Source: Vulcanimicrobiota bacterium (GTDB taxonomy: Bacteria > Vulcanimicrobiota > Vulcanimicrobiia > Vulcanimicrobiales > Vulcanimicrobiaceae). Taken from it: a DNA stretch of 64,000 nt. Positions 17,007 through 24,505 of this stretch are shown here, in pieces. The first letter of the stretch is position 1, and each line of letters begins with the position of its first letter. Below the pieces are notes generated by a model. The model did no database searches. It saw nothing but the letters and a program-made list of their open reading frames with translations, and was not told where the DNA came from. The stretch is taken from contig OY968762.1 of NCBI GenBank assembly GCA_963695225.1, positions 2,592,001-2,656,000 on the forward strand, given 5' to 3'. The translations under genes were made by a program, and so were the position numbers.

Positions 17007-18802
17007 CGGCGCAGACTCTCGACCGGGACGCTCGCGTCGCGCCCGGCCTGAACGGCCCACCCGGCGGGCGGCGAGGCGCGGCGGCTACCGAAATCATCGA
17101 CGGCAACGATCCGCAACTGCGCTCGGGCCTCGTGTTCACGGTGCTCGAGGCGCTCTGCGCGGCGCTCCCGATTCCGATCATCTATTACGCCTTGATCGCG
17201 GCGTTCCATCATAAGGCGTCGGCGGGGACGGCGGCGCTCGTGGCGCTCGGGCTGCTGGCCGTGCTCGCGGCGCAGGCGTACTTCGCCGAGCGCGCGACGC
17301 GGGAGACGCGCTTGGCGATCGTGCGCATGACGTGCCAGTTGCGAGCGCAGGTCGCGCGGCATCTTCGCACGCTGCCGCTGAACTTCTTCACGCAAGGCGA
17401 CCCTGACGAAGCCGTCGCCAAGACGACGCAGGATCTGACGCTCGTCGAGGACGCGCTCACGCAAGGGATCGACGATCTGGCCGGCGGCCTGGCGCAGGTC
17501 GGGTTCGTCGTGCTGTTCTTGTTCGCGCTGGATTGGCACTTGGCGCTGGCGGCCGTGGTCGTGCTGCCGCTCGCGCTGCCCGTGCTGTTCATGGCGCAGG
17601 GCGCCGCCTCGGTCTACGCCCCGCGCCTCCTCGAAACGCGGACGGAAGCGATGCTGCGCATCCTCGAGTACGTCGAGGCGATGCCGCTGCTGCGCGCCTT
17701 CAACCTCTCGGGGGAGCGGTTCGTGCGGCTGACGCGAGCGCTCCAATTGCTCAAGCAACGCTCGTTCTCGACGGTGGTCGCGCCGACGCCCACGGCGTTC
17801 ATCGCGTGGTTCTTCTTTGAACTGAGTTTCCCGACCGTCTTGCTGACGGGGGCGTTCCTGGCCGCGACCGGGACGATCACCGTGACGGTGGAGCTCGTCT
17901 TCCTTGTCGTCAGCATCCGCCTCTACCAGCCGTTGCTCGAGGCCACGGACGCTTACCTCCGTCTCAAGTCCGTTCGCCCGGCGCTGGAGCGGATCGGCGC
18001 GATCCTCTCGACGCCGACGCTGCCGGAACCGGCGAGCGGCGCATTCCCCGAGCACTTCGAGATCGCGTTCAAGGACGTGAACTTCGCGCACGGGGAGAAC
18101 GCGGTGCTCAAGGGCGTGACCTGCATGATTCCGGAGCGGAGCGTGACCGCGATCGTGGGACCCTCCGGTGCCGGGAAGACGACGATGGCCGGGCTTATCG
18201 CGCGCTTCTGGGACCCGAACTCCGGGAGCGTCGAGATCGGCGGGGTCGACGTGCGCGCGATGCGGGCCTCGGACGTGCAGCGCTGCGCGGCGATCGTGTT
18301 CCAGGACGCGTACCTGTTCCGAGACAGCGTCCGTAACAACATCCTGGTGGGGAAGCCCGATGCGAGCGCGGCCGAAGTGGAAGCGGCGGCCCGGGCGGCG
18401 CGCTGCCACGAGTTCATCGTGGGGTTGCCGGCCGGGTACGAGACGGTGATCGGCGAGGGCGGGGCCACGCTCTCGGTCGGCGAGCGGCAGCGCATCGCCA
18501 TCGCCCGCGCGATCCTCAAGGATGCGCCGATCGTGATCCTGGACGAGGCCACGGCCAGCGTCGACCCGATCACGGAGGCGGAGATCCACCGCGCCGTGGA
18601 GTCTCTGGTGACGCGTAAGACGGTGATCGTGGTGACGCACCGGCTCTCCACGATCCGCAACGTCCACCGGATCCTGGTGCTCGAGAAGGGGCGGCTGGCG
18701 GAGAGCGGGACTCACGACGAGCTGATCGCCCGGGACGGCGTCTACGCCCGCCTCTGGCGGGAGCGCGAGCGCGCCCGTCACTGGCGCCTCACCCCGGCCT
18801 AG
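17003..18802 (+). CDS. ABC transporter fused permease/ATPase (YbtQ/IrtB-like partner)
   Basis: ATGA overlap with the previous gene; GPSGAGKT, LSVGERQR, ILDEAT. Confidence 0.9.
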   Translation: MTAQTLDRDARVAPGLNGPPGGRRGAAATEIIDGNDPQLRSGLVFTVLEALCAALPIPIIYYALIAAFHHKASAGTAALVALGLLAVLAAQAYFAERATRETRLAIVRMTCQLRAQVARHLRTLPLNFFTQGDPDEAVAKTTQDLTLVEDALTQGIDDLAGGLAQVGFVVLFLFALDWHLALAAVVVLPLALPVLFMAQGAASVYAPRLLETRTEAMLRILEYVEAMPLLRAFNLSGERFVRLTRALQLLKQRSFSTVVAPTPTAFIAWFFFELSFPTVLLTGAFLAATGTITVTVELVFLVVSIRLYQPLLEATDAYLRLKSVRPALERIGAILSTPTLPEPASGAFPEHFEIAFKDVNFAHGENAVLKGVTCMIPERSVTAIVGPSGAGKTTMAGLIARFWDPNSGSVEIGGVDVRAMRASDVQRCAAIVFQDAYLFRDSVRNNILVGKPDASAAEVEAAARAARCHEFIVGLPAGYETVIGEGGATLSVGERQRIAIARAILKDAPIVILDEATASVDPITEAEIHRAVESLVTRKTVIVVTHRLSTIRNVHRILVLEKGRLAESGTHDELIARDGVYARLWRERERARHWRLTPA

Positions 18803-18830
18803 CCTCCCCTAATTCGGCTCTTTTGCCCGG

Positions 18831-19037
18831 CGTGACCGCCATCACCCATGGGAAGGGCGGTCTTCGCGCATGCTCTTAGCATCCAGCATGAGGGGCAGCC
18901 GATGGTGAAACGGGAGCGGATCCGCGGGTCCGGGAGCGGGGTGGATGGCGTTACGCCCGGCCCGCCGGCCCCAGGAAAGGCGCCCTGCGTCCTTGGTAAC
19001 ACGCGCTACAACGCGGCCGGGACCCGGATGCTACACT
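18831..19037 (+). promoter_or_regulatory. puf promoter with three Crp-family boxes (18831-18846, 18940-18955, 18995-19010) and extended -10 TGcTACACT
   Basis: proximal GTA-N8-TAC-N22-TACACT matches the NtcA class II architecture; distal CGTGA-ccgcca-TCACC is almost identical to the bchF2 box. Confidence 0.7.
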
Positions 19038-19088
19038 CGCTTGGAGCCGCACTGCGGCCAGCCAGCTTGAAAACGGGGGAATAATTCC

Positions 19089-19271
19089 GTGGCAGCTTTG
19101 GAAGATCAGATCGTCTACGAGGAACGCAACGACCTCGTCCCCGAGGTATATCGGGATTTGTTTAACAACGCGGATTGGATCGTGCACCGCTTCACCGTCT
19201 ATGGCGTGTGGGTTTACGTCGCAACGTTCCTCGCGTGCCACACCAGCCTGTGGTGGGGACGTCCCTGGTAG
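19089..19271 (+). CDS. pufB: light-harvesting antenna beta subunit, Chloroflexota-type
   Basis: NDLVP...LFNNADWIVH N-terminus as in Roseiflexus/Chloroflexus beta; second His followed by W..RPW. Confidence 0.93.
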   Translation: MAALEDQIVYEERNDLVPEVYRDLFNNADWIVHRFTVYGVWVYVATFLACHTSLWWGRPW

Positions 19272-19362
19272 TCTTTTCGACCCGTTGGTTTTGCGCTTGA
19301 TCGCGGCGCCGCCGGCTAGTAGCTAGAGCGCCGGTCTCTTAGTTTTAGAGAGGAAAAGCTTC

Positions 19363-19581
19363 ATGGCCCAGTATGTACGTCGTCCGTACAATCCGTACAA
19401 TCTCCGCGCCACCATCGGCGCCTCGCTCGTCGGCGCGACGTTCGTCGCGTTCGTGATTCACTTCGTTTGCCTGGCATCGCCGCGTCTGAACGTCTGGCAG
19501 CCGGTCAATGCAGACGGTTCTGCTCCGACGCAGGCCGAGCTGCAGCCCGCACCCGTCGCTCCCGCACCCGGCGCGAAGTAG
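19363..19581 (+). CDS. pufA: light-harvesting antenna alpha subunit
   Basis: TM helix with A-x3-H (AFVIHFVCLAS..LNVW), GAGAGGA RBS, position between pufB and pufL. Confidence 0.92.
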   Translation: MAQYVRRPYNPYNLRATIGASLVGATFVAFVIHFVCLASPRLNVWQPVNADGSAPTQAELQPAPVAPAPGAK

Positions 19582-19638
19582 TCTTTACTCGTCGTCCGGA
19601 GGACGCCAGCGCGCGGGTCGAGTCGTAACGCCAACGCT

Positions 19639-19666
19639 CGCCCTCGGTCGATTGCGCCCGAGGGCG
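19639..19666 (+). other. pufA-pufL intercistronic stem-loop
   Basis: CGCCCTCGG...CCGAGGGCG 9-bp stem. Confidence 0.55.
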
Positions 19667-19688
19667 GTGCCTAATAGGGATTGGCAAC

Positions 19689-20564
19689 ATGGCAACAGAT
19701 TTTGAATCCATCGAAACCTACTATCGCAAGCCTGGGAAGACGATCCTGGATCGTACGATCTTCGGCGGCGATTTGTTCGACACGTGGGTCGGACGGTTCT
19801 ACGTCGGGGTATGGGGCTGGATCTCGCTTGCGGGAGTCTTTGCCGCGTTAGCCGCCGTGTTTCTGTCTGCTCACGGATCGGGCGATTTCCGTTCGTGGCA
19901 GTCCGGGGACTACGACCTGCTCAGAGGAGCGGTCAATTCTCCGCCGCGCCAATACGGGCTCGGCGTAGCGCCGTTTTACGAAGGTGGAGCGTGGCAGCTC
20001 ACGGTCATCTTCGCGACGGTCGCGTTCGTCGGGTGGGCGTTACGCGAAGTGGACATTTGCCGGAAGCTCGAGATGGGCTACCACATTCCGGTGATGTTTG
20101 CGACGGCCATCTCAGCGTGGCTCTCGGTTCAGCTCGTGCGGCCGCTCTTGATGGGCTGCTGGTGCGAGGGCATGGATCTCGGGTTCACGGCTCACTTAAC
20201 GTGGACGTCCAACTACGGGTGGCGGTTCTTCAACTGGTACATGAACCCGTGGCATGACTTAGCGCTCGCCGGGTTCTTCTTAGGCGCGATGTTCCTCTCG
20301 ATGCACGGCAGTGCGATCTTGGGGACGTTCAACACCGACAAGAATCCGAAAGTCGAAATGTTGCGTGAAGACAATTTCTGGCGCGACTACGTCGGCTACT
20401 CGATCGGCGAGTACGGCATCCACCGGTTGCTGTACTACTGGGGCCTGTTCACGCTGATCAATTGCGACTTGATGGACATCACGGCCGGCCCGTTGGTGAA
20501 GGATTACATCGCGATCTGGCAGTGGCATCTCCCGTGGATTCACAACGTACCGTGGATGCAGTAG
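19689..20564 (+). CDS. pufL: type II reaction centre L subunit
   Basis: GGDLFDTWVGRFYVG, WALREVDICRKL, NPWH, MHGS, GYSIGEYGIHRL. Confidence 0.97.
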   Translation: MATDFESIETYYRKPGKTILDRTIFGGDLFDTWVGRFYVGVWGWISLAGVFAALAAVFLSAHGSGDFRSWQSGDYDLLRGAVNSPPRQYGLGVAPFYEGGAWQLTVIFATVAFVGWALREVDICRKLEMGYHIPVMFATAISAWLSVQLVRPLLMGCWCEGMDLGFTAHLTWTSNYGWRFFNWYMNPWHDLALAGFFLGAMFLSMHGSAILGTFNTDKNPKVEMLREDNFWRDYVGYSIGEYGIHRLLYYWGLFTLINCDLMDITAGPLVKDYIAIWQWHLPWIHNVPWMQ

Positions 20565-20581
20565 GCGGGAAGGAATAGCAG

Positions 20582-21619
20582 ATGGCAACATACATCGACC
20601 CCTATGGCATCGCGGTAGGTCCTCGCGACCCGCTGCCTCCCAAGCCGATCGAATACGCGGAGCCCAGCCCCTACGATCATCACGATCCGTTGGGCATCCG
20701 GATCGGCAAAGCGTTCCGCATTCCGTTCCTAGCGGACACGCTGTTGGTGGATTCCCAGTTTGGGACGGTATGGCTCGGGACGTGGGGCGTCTTCTCGGTC
20801 GCGTTCTTCTTCGCCGGGCTGACGATGTGGGCGGGCGCGTGCCTCGCGCAGGTTCACGGTCATCTCTCGCTGTTCTTCCAGTACTTTGCCAACGTGCAGA
20901 TCCTGCCGCCCGATCAGGGCCTAGGGTATGCTCCGACGCTCGAGAGCGGCGGCTGGTGGCAGTGGTGCGTGGGCCTGTTCGCGCTATCGGTGCTGTGCTG
21001 GCTGGGTCGTTGCTGGGAGCACTGCAAGCGTCATAACTGGCGTCCGTGGCTGTTCTTCGGATTCCTGATTCCGATCATGTGGATGGGGGCGGTGTACTTC
21101 TTCCATCCGGCGATGATGGGGACGTGGGCCGAGGCACCGCAGCTGGGCTGGTACGGCGACTTGGACTGGGCGAACAATTTCAGCATCCGTTGGGGCAACT
21201 TCTACTACAACCCGTTCCACCAGTGGGCGATCGCGAGCTTGTTCGGCAGTTCTCTGCTGATCGGCGCGCACGCCGGGACGATCTTGGCGACGGCGGCCGA
21301 AGGCAGCCATCACGAAGTGGCCGAGATCAAAGAACTGCACTCGGGTTCGTACAAGGCGATGTTGTTCTGGAAGTGGACGATGGGCTTCAATGCGACGCCG
21401 AAGTCGATCCACGTCTGGCTGTGGGCGTTCCCGGCCGCTCTTGGGACCGCGTGTTTCTGCGGGATCATGGCGTGCGGCGTGTTCACGGACAACTGGTATG
21501 TCTGGGGTGTCGACCACGGGACGGTCAAGGAATACGGTCCGATCTCTCGTGACCAGGTTCTTCGCCGGCCGTTGGCGGTGCCGATCGAAGTCGATCAACC
21601 CGGGCTTGCGCGCCCGTAA
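20582..21619 (+). CDS. pufM: type II reaction centre M subunit
   Basis: GGWWQ, LDWANNFSIRWGNFYYNPFH, HAGTILA, LFWKWTMGFNAT..SIH.W. Confidence 0.97.
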   Translation: MATYIDPYGIAVGPRDPLPPKPIEYAEPSPYDHHDPLGIRIGKAFRIPFLADTLLVDSQFGTVWLGTWGVFSVAFFFAGLTMWAGACLAQVHGHLSLFFQYFANVQILPPDQGLGYAPTLESGGWWQWCVGLFALSVLCWLGRCWEHCKRHNWRPWLFFGFLIPIMWMGAVYFFHPAMMGTWAEAPQLGWYGDLDWANNFSIRWGNFYYNPFHQWAIASLFGSSLLIGAHAGTILATAAEGSHHEVAEIKELHSGSYKAMLFWKWTMGFNATPKSIHVWLWAFPAALGTACFCGIMACGVFTDNWYVWGVDHGTVKEYGPISRDQVLRRPLAVPIEVDQPGLARP

Positions 21620-21662
21620 GGACCTGTCGTACTAGGCAGTACTAGCAGTACTAGAGGGTATC

Positions 21663-22784
21663 ATGAGCTTTCGGCGCCTATTGGCTCCATTCATCATCAT
21701 CGCAGCGCTCGTGTTCGCCGGGCTGTTCCAACCGTTACTCGAACGAGCGCGTGCGGAGACCGGGCCGGGACCGAACACGACGCGGCCCTACGAAGGGTTT
21801 GCCGACCGTCAGGCGACGGCGTTCCAACAGCGTCCGACGGCGGTGGTCGGTCAAGGTTCTCGGACCTTCGTTCCCAATCAGCAGTACACGACGTCGGTGA
21901 CGCCGTTCTTGGGCACCCCGTACGGTGGGCCGATTCCTCCGGACCAGGCCAAGGGGGTCGGGCCGGTGGATCAATCGGCGCCGATGGACTACGCGACGCA
22001 GCCGAAGTCGGTCCCGCATGCGTACGTTGGTGGAAAGCTCTTCAACGTCCAGGTCCTCAAGAAGTATGACTACGCTGGTGTGCTCAACCAGATGAATTAC
22101 TTCGCGCAATCTCTGGGCGTGCAGTGCCAGTACTGCCACAATCTGACGAACTACGCGTACGACACCCCGACGAAGAAGCTGGCTCGCAACATGATTGCGG
22201 GGACGATCGCGATCAACTCGACGTGGGTGACTCCGGACAAGAACGCGGTTCCGACGCAGGCGGTGTCGGGCGCGGTCGGATGCGCGACGTGCCATCGCGG
22301 TTCTGCGCGGTTGGACGTTCACTACAACATCGTTCCGGTGCAGTACGTTCAGTATCGTTACAAGACGACCAAGCAACTCGGTTACGTATACAACGCGATG
22401 TACGGCGTGGCGCGGTCGTTGGGCGTGAACTGCCTGTTCTGCCACAACACCGCCGACTTCGTCACCCTGCGGTACTACCCGACGAACAAGCTGGCGTTGC
22501 GGATGTTCTACATGGTGGACGACATCAACCACAAGTACTTCCCGCCGTCGGTCAAAGCGGTGACGTGCTACACGTGCCACCAGGGCGCGAAGTGGCCGGC
22601 AGCGCTGGTGAAGGCCGGCGACGACCAGACCCCGATCGAAAGCGTGGCCGCGCACCCGACCGCTCACTACAATCCCGGCGATCCGGTGGACATGAACGGC
22701 AACGTGAAGCAGCATCAGCCGATCAACGGCTGGAACACCCTCTACCCCGACCGGTTCTGGGGCTCGATGGGAGTCCCCGAGTAA
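21663..22784 (+). CDS. pufC: RC-bound tetraheme cytochrome c
   Basis: four CxxCH motifs (CQYCH, CATCH, CLFCH, CYTCH), SLGVxC repeats, N-terminal signal/TM. Confidence 0.95.
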   Translation: MSFRRLLAPFIIIAALVFAGLFQPLLERARAETGPGPNTTRPYEGFADRQATAFQQRPTAVVGQGSRTFVPNQQYTTSVTPFLGTPYGGPIPPDQAKGVGPVDQSAPMDYATQPKSVPHAYVGGKLFNVQVLKKYDYAGVLNQMNYFAQSLGVQCQYCHNLTNYAYDTPTKKLARNMIAGTIAINSTWVTPDKNAVPTQAVSGAVGCATCHRGSARLDVHYNIVPVQYVQYRYKTTKQLGYVYNAMYGVARSLGVNCLFCHNTADFVTLRYYPTNKLALRMFYMVDDINHKYFPPSVKAVTCYTCHQGAKWPAALVKAGDDQTPIESVAAHPTAHYNPGDPVDMNGNVKQHQPINGWNTLYPDRFWGSMGVPE

Positions 22785-22814
22785 ATCGCGACTCCGCACA
22801 TCAACGCAAAGCAG

Positions 22815-22846
22815 AGGACCGGATCCGCAAGGGTCCGGTCCTTCTC
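22815..22846 (+). terminator. hairpin/terminator after pufC
   Basis: AGGACCGGATCC-gcaa-GGGTCCGGTCCT, GNRA loop, short pyrimidine tail. Confidence 0.7.
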
Positions 22847-22863
22847 GTTCAAAGAGAAGCATC

Positions 22864-22989
22864 GTGCCGCGCAATCAGCTCTACATCTACATCGCCATCA
22901 CCATCGTCGCCGTCATCCTGGGCCTCTTCAGCGGCGCCATCAGCGTCTGGCTCCGAGAACTCATCGAACACGGCCACGGCCACTTCTAG
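22864..22989 (+). CDS. 41-aa single-TM protein MPRNQLYIYIAITIVAVILGLFSGAISVWLRELIEHGHGHF (not in ORF track)
   Basis: GTG start, strong C-ending codon bias, TM helix, His-rich tail. Confidence 0.65.
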   Translation: MPRNQLYIYIAITIVAVILGLFSGAISVWLRELIEHGHGHF

Positions 22990-23030
22990 GTCCGGCTCCC
23001 AGTCCGGCGAAGGGTGAGCCTGCGCTTGTG

Positions 23031-23190
23031 GCCCGCGTCCGGGTCGGGGCGGGGTTCCTCCGCGGGGACGCCCGCGATTTCGCATCCATGCGAAATCGCT
23101 ACTCGTGCACTTTCCGGCTCTCGCCATCGTGGCTCCGCCGGAAAGCTGCACGCCCCGCGGAGAAACCCCGCCCCGACCCGGACGCTACCT
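23031..23190 (+). repeat. ~160-bp structured repeat, copy 1
   Basis: long terminal inverted repeat enclosing GCGATTTCGCATCCATGCGAAATCGC and a second hairpin. Confidence 0.9.
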
Positions 23191-23299
23191 TGGGGGGCTA
23201 CTGCATTCTTACCTCAGTGATCCATGGCCTCGAGTGCCGCTCTGAGCCCGTCGGAGCGGGAGCGGCCGCGGTCTGTTTCGCCTCCGTGCTCATGCCGTG

Positions 23300-23460
23300 A
23301 GGTAGCGGTTGGGGCGGGGGATGGTGGCTCCGCGGGGCGTGCAGCTTGCCCGCGGAGCCACGGATGGCGGGAGCGGGCAAGTGCACGAGTAGCGAATTCG
23401 CATGGATGCGAATTCGCGGGCGTCCCCGCGGAGCCACCGTCCCCCGCCCCGGCCGCGGGC
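23300..23460 (-). repeat. ~160-bp structured repeat, copy 2 (inverted)
   Basis: reverse complement of the copy 1/3 core; same GCCCGC...GCTACCT ends. Confidence 0.9.
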
Positions 23461-23524
23461 AACACCGCGCACGAGCCGGCGGCCCCGCGGCCTAGCCCCC
23501 AGGTGCGCGGAGAAGGCCGGGCGA

Positions 23525-23567
23525 TGAAGCCGAGGCTACAACGGGCGGGGCGCACTTTCGGTACACT
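23525..23567 (+). promoter_or_regulatory. NtcA-like box (TGAAG-ccgagg-CTACA) plus -10 TACACT
   Basis: GAA-N8-TAC-N22-TACACT; shares CTACAACG and TACACT with the puf promoter. Confidence 0.6.
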
Positions 23568-23700
23568 TTGCATGGAGTATTGTCTCACGGCCCCGCCTCC
23601 ACGGGGTCCCGGCCGGGCGTTGCGAAGGCAATGTGCCGGGCGGGCTAGCCGTGAGCCGAGGCGCGTTTCCGACCGCTCGCCGGCTGCTTAAGGAGAAACC

Positions 23701-24135
23701 ATGGCTGTTTTCGCAGAGCTCACGATCCCGATCTTAGCAGTCCCCGAGCCCGAGGCTCGGTGGTTCGCTATTGCCAAGAAGATCGCCGAAGATACGGCCG
23801 GCTCGACCGCCGTTGAGCTCGAGAATTCCATCTTGAAGTTCAAGATCGTGTTCCCCGGGAACCTGACGTCGCTGGTTGCGAAGCTCGCGGATCGCAACAT
23901 CCAGGTCGGGAACGTCAAGGTCGTCCTCTCGGATTTCACGTTCGTCGGTGAAGACGTCGACGCGGGTCAGGTCGTCAAGGAGCTCAACGAATATCCGGGG
24001 ATCGCGAACGTGAGCTTCGACGGCAAGCGCCTCGAAGCGACGATCGCCCCGACGACGGGCAAGCTGCACGCGATCTACCGCCTCTTGATCGAGAACGGCA
24101 TCATCATCAAGACGCCCGTCGCCGCAGGCGCGTAA
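23701..24135 (+). CDS. hypothetical protein, probable tandem ferredoxin-like/HMA-like folds lacking CxxC
   Basis: TAAGGAGA RBS; two beta-alpha-beta-beta-alpha-beta-like repeats (e.g. ELNEYPGIANVSFDG). Confidence 0.8.
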   Translation: MAVFAELTIPILAVPEPEARWFAIAKKIAEDTAGSTAVELENSILKFKIVFPGNLTSLVAKLADRNIQVGNVKVVLSDFTFVGEDVDAGQVVKELNEYPGIANVSFDGKRLEATIAPTTGKLHAIYRLLIENGIIIKTPVAAGA

Positions 24136-24314
24136 AGGGGCCTCGCAGACGATCGGCGATCGCGGACCGGCCGCGCGGGGGGGCGCGGCCGGCTGCGCGA
24201 AAACCGTTTCGACCGTCGAAGCGAGTGCCGTTACACTCGGTTCGAACGTCTGATAAGGCGTCGACGTCTGCAAGACCAGCGCCTTCGGCAGGCGCAAGGG
24301 CTACATACATTCCC

Positions 24315-24396
24315 CGTGTCACTCGTTACAATGCCGCTGGAAGATGTAGCCTCTGTGCCGACTATCACGGTTGCACTTCGGTTGGGCGAGTAGCCT
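24315..24396 (+). promoter_or_regulatory. two Crp-family boxes (24315-24330, 24354-24369) plus -10 TAGCCT for the crt operon
   Basis: TGTGC-cgacta-TCACG, i.e. GTG-N8-CAC-N22-TAGCCT. Confidence 0.65.
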
Positions 24397-24427
24397 AGCG
24401 AAGACGGCAAGGATCGAGAGGAGAACG

Positions 24428-24505
24428 ATGAGCGCCCTAGCTACTTCGACGAACCCGCTGAGTCTGGGGAGCAAAGCTATCGTATCTCCGGGGGCTATGA
24501 ATTGA
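24428..24505 (+). CDS. 25-aa upstream ORF coupled to the desaturase TTG start
   Basis: GAGAGGAG RBS and ATG; its TGA overlaps the TTG (TTGA) at 24502. Confidence 0.45.
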   Translation: MSALATSTNPLSLGSKAIVSPGAMN

